Assembly: GCA_030679255.1 (NCBI GenBank)
Contig: JAUXTO010000017.1
Span: 1,925 to 65,924, forward strand
Origin: Candidatus Gottesmanbacteria bacterium
GTDB lineage: Bacteria; Patescibacteriota; Microgenomatia; UBA10105; UBA927
DNA length: 64,000 bases
Direction of reading: 5' to 3'
Shown here in pieces: positions 1 through 7,969 of the stretch. The notes under the pieces are model-generated. The model was not told where the DNA came from and searched no databases. It was given only the letters and a program-made list of their open reading frames with translations. The stretch's first letter is position 1, and each line of letters begins with the position of its first letter. Made by a program: the position numbers and the translations under genes.

Positions 1-1903
1 GGATTTGCTCGTGGCGTTCTCTCGTCGGAAACCGGGCATCGACGAGATTGACGAGAAACACAACCCCGAACTCAAGACCCTTGGCAGAATGAATCGTGAG
101 GATATTCACGGCATTATTTTCCGTCCAGTCCATATCTGTAGCCGTAGGAGACTCCCCAAGGTTCATGAGTAAATCTATCCAATCGACGACAGCAAAGACG
201 CTAGCGTCATCGTGTTCTCCTTCATACGTCTTGAGTTTCGCGAAAAACTTCGCGATATTTGCCGCGGCTCTCTCTTCTTTCACCGTTTTGTACGTCGTCA
301 TCTGAGTGAGGAGCCCGGTATCCTGCAAAAAATAGTAGAGAATCTGCCCCGCTGTTTCTTTTTTGATAAGCCCCAAATGCCGATGAATCATTGTCACTAT
401 TTTTTTTATATTTTCGTCCGTACTTCCTTCACATACTTCAAATACTGATGTTCCAAACTTTCTGGATTCAATCATGAGCGCGGCTACATCGCGGGGTGAT
501 ACCCCTGCCCATTCCATCGTCAGCACGCGATAGATTGCGACATTATCTTCAAAATTATAGAGAACTTTAAGATACGCAATGAGATCCTTCACTTCGGGCT
601 GCCGAAACAGTTGTCCCGGTCCTAAAAATTGAAACGGTATCCCTGCCCTGCCGAGCGCCCTGGCAAACGGCTCCGCGTGACTATTCGCCCGCACAAGTAT
701 CGCAAAATCCTTCCACTCGTATTCTGCTCCGTCACTTTTGACTTTCCCGTCTGCAACGCTTTGCGTAGCATTGCGGGCAGGTGACTTTTGACTTTTGACT
801 TCCCGCGCCACTTCCTCCGCCTCGTTTTCCACCCTGTCTGTATAAATGACTTCCACCTTCTCGCCCTTTATTCTCCGCATGCTCTCGAGTTTCTTATCGA
901 TGTTTTCCGCGACTTCCAAGCGATCCGGATTATTATGCTGAATAAGGTCATAAGACCGGTCAAGAATTTCTTTGGTCGACCGGTAATTTTTTGTGAGCAC
1001 AATGATCTTGGATTTCGGGAAGCGCTTACGAAACTGAATGATGTTGCTTATGGCCGCTCCCCGCCACCGGTATATGGCCTGATCATCATCCCCCACGACC
1101 GTGATGTTTTTCCGCGTTCCCGCGAGAAGGATAGCCATTTCATTCTGCGCGAAGTTCGTGTCCTGAAATTCATCTATGAGGATGTACTTGAACTGCTCTT
1201 GATACCGGGCCAGGATATTTTTGCGCGTCCGGAAGAGTTTGAGCGTGTTGGCGATGAGGTCAGAATAATCCGCGAGTCCCTCTTTCACCTTCAGCTCTTC
1301 GTAGGTTTTATATGCTTGGGCAAGTTCTTGAAATTTTTCCTTTTCTTCCGCATCTTCACTTTTGACTTTTGACTTTTGACTTTTGACTTTCTGAACATAC
1401 CGTAGGTATTGTTCAGGACTCACATCCTCATCTTTAAGTCTTGAAAAATGTTGCATCATACCGGCAATAAATTTATTCGGGTTGCCAAGCGGGCGAAAAT
1501 ACGTAAGAGTAAACTTGAATATGTTTTTCCGGAAAAAGAGGATGGTTTCTGCCTCTGTCATGAGCCGGAACCCGGGATCCAATCCTATATTGATGCCTTC
1601 ATTGCGGAGAATCCTGTCACAAAACGCGTGGAAGGTGCTGATCCACATCTGTGTAGTGCCAAAGGGAAGCGCCATATCCACGCGCTCTTCCATTTCCCGG
1701 CTGGCTTTCTCTGTGAATGTGAGGGCGAGAATTTCTTGAGGCTTGGCGAGGCCAGACGTGATAAGATGCTTGATCCGCTCGGTAACGACCGTGGTCTTCC
1801 CCGTCCCCGCACCGGCAATGATGAGAAGCGGCCCCTGCCCGAAAACCACGGCCTTTTTCTGCTCAGTATTCAATTGTCTCTCTTCTACAGGAGTCTTTGC
1901 CAT
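1..1903 (-). CDS. UvrD/PcrA-family ATP-dependent DNA helicase (partial; 3' end lies beyond window start)
   Basis: Manual minus-strand translation from ATG at 1901-1903: MAKTPVEERQLNTEQKKAVVFGQGPLLIIAGAGTGKTTVV (Walker A), DEFQDTNFAQ (motif II), VVGDDDQAIYRWRGA (motif III), TKNYRS (motif IV). Frame checked open from 1903 down to about 1080; the rest to position 1 was read less carefully, the far end still giving FPTRER. Absent from the ORF track because no stop occurs inside the window. Contains two in-frame GTCAAAA heptamer arrays. Confidence 0.85.
   Translation of the reverse strand, partial: MAKTPVEERQLNTEQKKAVVFGQGPLLIIAGAGTGKTTVVTERIKHLITSGLAKPQEILALTFTEKASREMEERVDMALPFGTTQMWISTFHAFCDRILRNEGINIGLDPGFRLMTEAETILFFRKNIFKFTLTYFRPLGNPNKFIAGMMQHFSRLKDEDVSPEQYLRYVQKVKSQKSKVKSEDAEEKEKFQELAQAYKTYEELKVKEGLADYSDLIANTLKLFRTRKNILARYQEQFKYILIDEFQDTNFAQNEMAILLAGTRKNITVVGDDDQAIYRWRGAAISNIIQFRKRFPKSKIIVLTKNYRSTKEILDRSYDLIQHNNPDRLEVAENIDKKLESMRRIKGEKVEVIYTDRVENEAEEVAREVKSQKSPARNATQSVADGKVKSDGAEYEWKDFAILVRANSHAEPFARALGRAGIPFQFLGPGQLFRQPEVKDLIAYLKVLYNFEDNVAIYRVLTMEWAGVSPRDVAALMIESRKFGTSVFEVCEGSTDENIKKIVTMIHRHLGLIKKETAGQILYYFLQDTGLLTQMTTYKTVKEERAAANIAKFFAKLKTYEGEHDDASVFAVVDWIDLLMNLGESPTATDMDWTENNAVNILTIHSAKGLEFGVVFLVNLVDARFPTRERHEQI
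783..802. repeat. TTTTGAC/GTCAAAA heptamer tandem repeat (about 2.5 units) inside helicase CDS
   Basis: gacttttgacttttgacttcc read directly; flanked by GCGGG/CCCGC inverted repeat. Confidence 0.8.
1360..1390. repeat. TTTTGAC/GTCAAAA heptamer tandem repeat (4 units) inside helicase CDS, encoding KVKSQKSKVKS
   Basis: ttttgac x4 read directly; the translation stays in frame through the array. Confidence 0.9.
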
Positions 1904-1973
1904 TACAAAGGCATTATAGACGAGTTGCGGGTTTTCTCAAGGCCACACCTTCACCGGACTGGATAGTGATAAA

Positions 1974-2612
1974 ATGAGAAAAATTAGGGAATTTGGGGGA
2001 TTTAGGGTATTTAGTATGAATACACCAATGGGACAGTCGAGGCCGGGTTACGAGTATTTAATCGTCTACATGCTGGGAAAAGTTATTCAGGATCTGACAT
2101 TCCAGTTCTGCCAACGGTTCTTAAAATCCCCCAAAGACCCTACATACCCTAATTTTAAACTCGTTGAACAGGTCAACGGAGCCGCACGCAGTAATCCACA
2201 AAATGTCGCCGAAGGATATACCGGTGAGTCACTTAGTAGTTATATTATGCTCGTGGGAGTCGCCAATGGTTCCAACGAAGAATTGGCCAAAGACCTAGAA
2301 GATTATTTGCGTCAACGCAATCTCCCGATCTGGGGGAAAGACCATCCGAAAGTTAGGGAATTTAGGGCATTTAGGGTTTTTTGGCTCCCAAATTCCCCAA
2401 ACTCCCAAAGCTCTCCAAGTTCCCCAAATTCCCTAAATACCCCAATATTGTCTTCCGACCCCGCAGAAGCCGCCAATATGGTTTTGACTTTTTGCAGGAT
2501 GGAGGGATATTTATTGTCACAACACATCAAAAGTCTGGAGGTAAAACACGCCAAAGAGGGTGGCTTCCGGGAAAACCTCCTCAAAAAACGCTTGGACTAT
2601 CGGAGAAAATAA
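1974..2612 (+). CDS. four-helix-bundle protein (23S rRNA intervening-sequence protein family), with an in-frame repeat-hairpin insertion; true start possibly about 2016
   Basis: EYLIVYMLGKVIQDLTFQFCQRF...SNPQNVAEGYTG...SSYIMLVGVANGSNEELAKDLEDYL matches the family pattern (YxLxVWQKAxxL...IxSNIAEGxGR...FLxIAxGSxxEL). Confidence 0.65.
   Translation: MRKIREFGGFRVFSMNTPMGQSRPGYEYLIVYMLGKVIQDLTFQFCQRFLKSPKDPTYPNFKLVEQVNGAARSNPQNVAEGYTGESLSSYIMLVGVANGSNEELAKDLEDYLRQRNLPIWGKDHPKVREFRAFRVFWLPNSPNSQSSPSSPNSLNTPILSSDPAEAANMVLTFCRMEGYLLSQHIKSLEVKHAKEGGFRENLLKKRLDYRRK
1981..2014. repeat. TTAGGGAAT-type 9-mer repeat block (left arm of inverted repeats flanking the four-helix-bundle core)
   Basis: aattagggaatttgggggatttagggtatttag. 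Confidence 0.7.
2351..2450. repeat. about 100 bp hairpin built of (TTAGGGNAT)n followed by (CCCAAANTC)n units, in-frame inside the four-helix-bundle ORF
   Basis: agttagggaatttagggcatttaggg...ctcccaaattccccaaactcccaaagctctccaagttccccaaattccctaaatacccc; the second half is the reverse complement of the first-half unit type. Confidence 0.75.
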
Positions 2613-2661
2613 AAAAACGTGCGTCGCATCCCTTCTCCTGCACTTTTTTTATCGAGAGAAA

Positions 2662-3228
2662 TCAAGAATGAGTTTTGATAAGAATCTTTTCGAGAAGCTC
2701 CGGGAATTGTTTATATTTATTCCCAGGGCATGTGGTCATACTGAAGTGTCCTTGACCCTTCACAACAACAAGCTCTGCTCCCAGAAGTTGTTGGAGTTTT
2801 CTCCCGTGCCATAATGGAACATAGGGATCATTATCCGAATGAAACAATACAAATTTCTTTGCCCTTCTCCGTATCGTATTCCATACAAATGGTTTAACAA
2901 ACATTTCTTTTACTGGAGGAAAATCCAAATCGTCGGTAAATCCGGCGATCAAAAAAGCTCTATCGATAACGACATCGTCTGGCAATGCTTCCAAAAGCCC
3001 CAAGATTGCAACTGCTCCGGATGAATGACCAACAATAATTGACTCGTGATCAAGCTTCCATTGGGAAAAAATGAATTGATTATAGCGTTCGATGTTAGGT
3101 GTTTCAGCCCCTGGTAAATTTGGCGCCCATACGCGATAATTCCGATTTTCTAATTCTTTTTTCAACCACGGTATCCAGTTTCTCGTAGCATCATTGGCGG
3201 TTCCGTGGAGAATAAGTGCATTTTTCAT
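2662..3228 (-). CDS. alpha/beta serine hydrolase, YdeN/RBBP9-like
   Basis: 188 aa, GHSSG nucleophile elbow, DxD and H near the C-terminus. Confidence 0.6.
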   Translation of the reverse strand: MKNALILHGTANDATRNWIPWLKKELENRNYRVWAPNLPGAETPNIERYNQFIFSQWKLDHESIIVGHSSGAVAILGLLEALPDDVVIDRAFLIAGFTDDLDFPPVKEMFVKPFVWNTIRRRAKKFVLFHSDNDPYVPLWHGRKLQQLLGAELVVVKGQGHFSMTTCPGNKYKQFPELLEKILIKTHS

Positions 3229-3435
3229 ATGCCTTTTTGTATCGACGCAATGTTTTGTCTTTGTTCCTGTCTCTTATACAAATATTGACGAATTGCCTCC
3301 CGAATAAATTCGCTCCTGGTTTTCGATTGCTCTTTAGCAAGGCGATCCATCTGACGTAAAAGGGTTGTAGGGATGGAGAAATTTATCATTTGTGTATCCA
3401 TATAGTGATATTATATAAACTTTATATAACTTTTG

Positions 3436-4479
3436 TCAAGATGCTTTTGGGAGTATCTCGGGACGGTCTTCTTCCGAACGATCCCCAATCACGCGCGTTT
3501 GCACGAGCTTTTGACCAAGAAGGTTAAATGATGACGACACGCTGCTCATGCTGTTATGGGCGTTGGTGATGTGACGGCCGAGGACTCCAAGGTTTTCCTC
3601 GACTTTCCCATAATCTTTTTGGATTGCGCGAAGGAGTTGGAATACCTGCTTGGATTTCTGTTCGAGATCCTTTCCCTGAAAACTTAGCAGCAATACCTGC
3701 AGATGCGCGTACAGCGTATTCGGAGATACGGGATAGACGCGGAGTTTCCGGGCGTATCCCATGAGTTCCTCCATATTGGCTATCTCGTAGTAGACGGATT
3801 CGGAAGGGATGTACATGAGCGCAAAATCCATGGTACCCTCCTCCGGCAAAATATATTTTTTAGATATATCCCCCACATGTTTTTTAACGTCCGCCATAAA
3901 CTCGCGCTTCGCACGGGATCGGATATCTTCCGTTTCCCCTTTATGCATGAGGGAAAAATTTTCCATGGGAAACTTGGAATCAATGCAGAGGAGCCCGGCG
4001 TCAGTCTTAAGCACCGCATCCACTTTCATACCGGATTTGAATGAGTACTGGAGGTGAAATGAATTTTTGGGGAAGGTCTGTCCAATCATATCGGTGAGCA
4101 CCTGTTCGCCGATATTGCCGCGGAGTTTCGGCGACTGGAGGAATTCCTGAAGGCTCCGAATACCACGGCCGACCTCACTCATTTCCCCTAAATTCTTCTT
4201 GAGGTCTCCAATGACTCGAGCGGCAGTATCAAGCCGTTCATTGAGCTGTTTTCCGTTTTCCTGAAGCAATCGAGAGACATCCCCGGTTTGTCCCCGCATC
4301 GCCTCGTTAAGCGTTTTGTTCGTATGCTCAACGGAGGCCTGCATGCTCTTGAGCCATTCCGTCATCGTCGTATCTTCTTTTTTGCTTCCTAGCTTGTCTA
4401 ACCCGCCTCTTACTAACCATCCAAGGACAATAAATCCCATCACAATCACAATAATGAGGATAAGAAAATCCGGTTGCAT
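3436..4479 (-). CDS. rmuC: DNA recombination protein RmuC
   Basis: N-terminal TM, coiled-coil region and conserved C-terminal RmuC-like block (MYIPSESVYYEI...YPVSPNTLYAHL). Confidence 0.75.
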   Translation of the reverse strand: MQPDFLILIIVIVMGFIVLGWLVRGGLDKLGSKKEDTTMTEWLKSMQASVEHTNKTLNEAMRGQTGDVSRLLQENGKQLNERLDTAARVIGDLKKNLGEMSEVGRGIRSLQEFLQSPKLRGNIGEQVLTDMIGQTFPKNSFHLQYSFKSGMKVDAVLKTDAGLLCIDSKFPMENFSLMHKGETEDIRSRAKREFMADVKKHVGDISKKYILPEEGTMDFALMYIPSESVYYEIANMEELMGYARKLRVYPVSPNTLYAHLQVLLLSFQGKDLEQKSKQVFQLLRAIQKDYGKVEENLGVLGRHITNAHNSMSSVSSSFNLLGQKLVQTRVIGDRSEEDRPEILPKAS

Positions 4480-4529
4480 AGTTCACGAGCATTGTATCAC
4501 CTACATAAAACATCCTACAATGAAACGGT

Positions 4530-4838
4530 ATGCTTCGATCTCACCATTCCGTCCGGTGGCTCTTTGTGTGTATTTCCGGCATCAGTGCGCTTGCCTGGTT
4601 TACTAACTCTTATACCCCTGATTCGTGGCAGGCGGTAATCACAATATTTATTATAATCACTATCATCATAACAAGCTTTCTCCTCTATTTTCTCAATACT
4701 GTGCGACATATTCTTCTCATAACCGCAGGTATTCTTATTCTTCTCATTCTCAGATATTGGGGACTCCGGGAGATCATTTACCCCATGCTTCTCATCGCTT
4801 CTCTCCTCTCCCTTGAGCTCATGCTCCGGAAGCGGTAA
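4530..4838 (+). CDS. hypothetical small membrane protein
   Basis: 102 aa, highly hydrophobic, immediately upstream of metG on the same strand; could be spurious. Confidence 0.25.
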   Translation: MLRSHHSVRWLFVCISGISALAWFTNSYTPDSWQAVITIFIIITIIITSFLLYFLNTVRHILLITAGILILLILRYWGLREIIYPMLLIASLLSLELMLRKR

Positions 4839-4847
4839 AATCGCATC

Positions 4848-6308
4848 ATGACAAAAAAATTCTATCTCCACAGCGCGATACCGTATGTAAACGCGGCTCC
4901 GCACATCGGACACGCACAGGAGTTTGTCTACTCAGACGTTATCAGACGATATCACACGCTTCTTGGTGAAGACGTCCTATATCTTTGCGGAGCTGATGAA
5001 AATGGGCTAAAGATTATTCAAGCCGCTCAAAAGGCTGGCGTTGAACCACATAAATTCTGCGATATTCATCAGCAAGAATTTCTTGACGTAGCCAAAAAAC
5101 TCAGTGTTCACTTTGATATCTGGCAGCGCGGGACAAATAAAAATCATTTTTTATCTTCACAAAAACTGTGGGAGCTCTGCGTAAAAAACGGAGATATTTA
5201 TAAAAAATCTTATGAGGGACTCTACTGCGTGGGTTGTGAGGCTTTTTATACATCCGATGAACTCAGTAAAAACGGAGAATGCTTTGAACATCCCGGCAAA
5301 AAACTTGATCGGGTTGCAGAAGAAAATTATTTTTTTCGGTTGTCAAAATATCAAAAATTTTTCGAGGAGTTAATCTTTACTGACACTCTCACGATTATTC
5401 CTCAAAGCAGAAAAAATGAGATGGTAGCCTTAATAAAAAAAGGCTTAGAAGATTTTTCTATTTCGCGCACTAAAGAACGGGCCAAAGGATGGGGAGTGCC
5501 TGTCCCGGGAGATACTGATCAAATTATGTATGTTTGGTTTGACGCAAACAACATCTATTACAGTGGAATTGGTTTAGGCTGGAATGATGAACTTTTTGCC
5601 AAGTGGGCACCGGCCGACCTTATGGTCATAGGCAAAGGAATCTTACGCTTTCATGCAATTTACTGGCCTGCGGTCCTCAAATCCGCAGGACTCCCTTTAC
5701 CTAAACAGCTCTTTGCCCATGGGTATCTCACGGTCGATGGACAAAAAATGAGTAAAACGGTTGGCAACGTAGTAGATCCCATAAAAGTTATTGAACAATA
5801 TGGAACGGACGCAGTCCGGTATTATCTCGCCCGCGAAATACCAAGCTATAGCGATGGGGATTATTCCGACCGGCGATTTAAGGAACTCTACAATGCCGAC
5901 TTGGCAAATGGGTTAGGCAATTTAGTAGCACGGGTGGGAAAAATGGCGGAAGGAAAAAGCTTTCAGCTTTCAGCTACTCGCCTCGCTCAAGCTCCGGCGA
6001 AGCGGGTCAGCTTTCAGCAAGTAAACAGTGGAGACTATAAAAAGGCGCTTGAGCAATATCGGTTTAATGATGCGTTGGCGTATGTATGGGAAAAAGTGAA
6101 AGCCGCGGATAAACATATCGATGAACATGAGCCATGGAAATTGAAGGGCGACGCGCTCCATGACGTTCTTGAAACATCCATCAACCAAATTATAGAAATC
6201 GCGACCCTCCTCCAACCGTTTCTCCCGGATACCGCAGAAAAAGTCTTGAACCAGTTTTCTACACAACCAATACAGCCGCAGCCATCCCTGTTCCCCCGCA
6301 TTACATAA
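4848..6308 (+). CDS. metG: methionyl-tRNA synthetase (short form)
   Basis: PHIGHA (HIGH) motif, KMSKT (KMSKS), CxxC zinc knuckle CVGCEAF. Confidence 0.9.
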   Translation: MTKKFYLHSAIPYVNAAPHIGHAQEFVYSDVIRRYHTLLGEDVLYLCGADENGLKIIQAAQKAGVEPHKFCDIHQQEFLDVAKKLSVHFDIWQRGTNKNHFLSSQKLWELCVKNGDIYKKSYEGLYCVGCEAFYTSDELSKNGECFEHPGKKLDRVAEENYFFRLSKYQKFFEELIFTDTLTIIPQSRKNEMVALIKKGLEDFSISRTKERAKGWGVPVPGDTDQIMYVWFDANNIYYSGIGLGWNDELFAKWAPADLMVIGKGILRFHAIYWPAVLKSAGLPLPKQLFAHGYLTVDGQKMSKTVGNVVDPIKVIEQYGTDAVRYYLAREIPSYSDGDYSDRRFKELYNADLANGLGNLVARVGKMAEGKSFQLSATRLAQAPAKRVSFQQVNSGDYKKALEQYRFNDALAYVWEKVKAADKHIDEHEPWKLKGDALHDVLETSINQIIEIATLLQPFLPDTAEKVLNQFSTQPIQPQPSLFPRIT

Positions 6309-6334
6309 TCGCTATTTGATTATTGGTAGTATTT

Positions 6335-7132
6335 ATGTTCATCGACACTCATTGCCACCTCAATTTTCCCCAATACGATACGGATCAGGCGATGGTCATC
6401 GGTAATGCCAAAAAAGCCGGAGTCAAACAATTTATTAATCCGGGCGTTGATCTCTTTTCTTCGCTGCAAGCCGTCAACCTTGCAAAAAAACACGTGGGCG
6501 TCATATTCGCCGCAGTGGGAATCCACCCGTATGAAGCCCAGCACGACCCCGATGTCCGCGAGTTAGAAAAAATAATTATCGAAACCATGAAAAAACGAGG
6601 TAACGAACCTTCGCCACTCGTCGCTATTGGCGAATGCGGACTGGATTATCATCAATACTCCGGAGAACAAGCTCTTGGTAAAAAAGACAAACAGAAGCGG
6701 CTATTTGCCGAACAACTGGAGCTTGCGCTCAAGTATGATCTCCCGGTCATCTTCCATTGCCGCGATGGGTATGATGATTTTTTTGACGTACTGGACAGCC
6801 TTCCATCGCAACCACGCGGGGTCATCCATTGCTTTTCCGGAGGGCTCCAGGAGGTGCGGCAGGCACAAAAACGGGAATTTTTTGTAGGATTTGACGGCAA
6901 CGTCACCTACTCGAAACACCTCCAATCCATCATCCCTTCCATTCCCCTATCGATGATCCTTCTCGAAACGGATTCCCCGTACTTGACTCCTGCCCCCCAC
7001 CGCGGCTCGCGCAATGAACCCAAGTATATTCCGCTAATAGCCACAGAAATCGCACGACTTCATGGGGTATCCGTCAAAAAAGTCGAGGAGGCAACGACAG
7101 CAAACGCCCGCACCCTCTTCCAAATATCCTAA
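6335..7132 (+). CDS. tatD: TatD family hydrolase/DNase
   Basis: MFIDTHCHL start, conserved His/Asp/Glu metal-ligand blocks (GECGLDY, VIFHCRD, ETDSPY). Confidence 0.9.
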   Translation: MFIDTHCHLNFPQYDTDQAMVIGNAKKAGVKQFINPGVDLFSSLQAVNLAKKHVGVIFAAVGIHPYEAQHDPDVRELEKIIIETMKKRGNEPSPLVAIGECGLDYHQYSGEQALGKKDKQKRLFAEQLELALKYDLPVIFHCRDGYDDFFDVLDSLPSQPRGVIHCFSGGLQEVRQAQKREFFVGFDGNVTYSKHLQSIIPSIPLSMILLETDSPYLTPAPHRGSRNEPKYIPLIATEIARLHGVSVKKVEEATTANARTLFQIS

Positions 7133-7160
7133 GCTCTTAGTAATATAATCAAGGACCTAT

Positions 7161-7225
7161 CATCCTCGGGCTTGACTCGAGGATCCAGCTCAAAAAACTT
7201 GGATTCCCGCTTTCGCGGGAATGAC
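7161..7225. repeat. about 64 bp two-hairpin repeat element (copy A), 5' of a GT2 gene
   Basis: catcctcgggcttgactcgaggatccagctcaaaaaacttggattcccgctttcgcgggaatgac; stems ATCCTCG/CGAGGAT and TTCCCGC/GCGGGAA. Confidence 0.75.
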
Positions 7226-7237
7226 AACAAGAAAAAT

Positions 7238-7936
7238 ATGACTATTTCCGTCATCATTCCGGCTTACAACGAAGAAAAATATCTTCCTCGCACCCTTGAC
7301 TCTATCCATCGTCTCGATAGAATACCTGATGACATCCTCGTCGTAGACGGCGGATCAACGGATAAAACAGCCGCCGTTGCCAAGGCACACGGAGCCCGCG
7401 TCATTACAATCCCTCATCGGGGCATAGGGTTTGCCCGTCAACAAGGATTAGAGGCGGCAAAAAGTGATATTGTTGCATTCACCGATGCTGATACGCTCGT
7501 TCCCACTAATTGGCTCACCATCATTGAGGCCACCCTTTCAAAACCGAATGTGGTAGGTGTATTTGGCAACTTTATCGTCCCCGACGGAAAACTTCCGTAC
7601 AGAATTTACGTCAATACAATACAACAAATTGGCAATTGGCTTTGGTGGCACGTAGTACGCATTCCCTGGGCACCAGGACAAAATACTGCTTTTATCCGTA
7701 CCGCCGGATTAAAGGTTGGCGGATATCCAATTGATTTCAAAATCGCCGAGGATATAGAGATGGCCAGACGTCTCATGAAAATAGGTAAACTCGTATATAG
7801 ACCTGACCTTATCGTCACGAGTTCCGGCCGCCGCGGCAATGAGGGAATTGGGCTGTTGACACGGGCATTAAAAGTATTTATTTATTATTTCCTATTCCGC
7901 CGAGCTGATATCATCGGATTTCCGGACATTCGATAA
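7238..7936 (+). CDS. glycosyltransferase family 2
   Basis: MTISVIIPAYNEE...VVDGGSTD...FTDADT (DxD) typical GT2-A fold motifs. Confidence 0.8.
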   Translation: MTISVIIPAYNEEKYLPRTLDSIHRLDRIPDDILVVDGGSTDKTAAVAKAHGARVITIPHRGIGFARQQGLEAAKSDIVAFTDADTLVPTNWLTIIEATLSKPNVVGVFGNFIVPDGKLPYRIYVNTIQQIGNWLWWHVVRIPWAPGQNTAFIRTAGLKVGGYPIDFKIAEDIEMARRLMKIGKLVYRPDLIVTSSGRRGNEGIGLLTRALKVFIYYFLFRRADIIGFPDIR

Positions 7937-7969
7937 TAATCTTAAGAGTGGTATAATAAGAGCGTATTT

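Noticed and set aside
788-1966. Plus-strand ORFs 788-1372, 1448-1966 and 1482-1739 from the ORF track
   Set aside because: They are antisense to the uvrD-like helicase, which translates cleanly on the minus strand with all helicase motifs. The plus-strand translations are low-complexity and motif-free.
1360-2450. Possible CRISPR array, suggested by the many short direct repeats
   Set aside because: Repeat units are 2-9 nt and strictly tandem without unique spacers. The units of 7, 9, 8 and 2 nt are microsatellite/minisatellite-like, not 25-40 nt repeats separated by spacers, and no cas genes are present.
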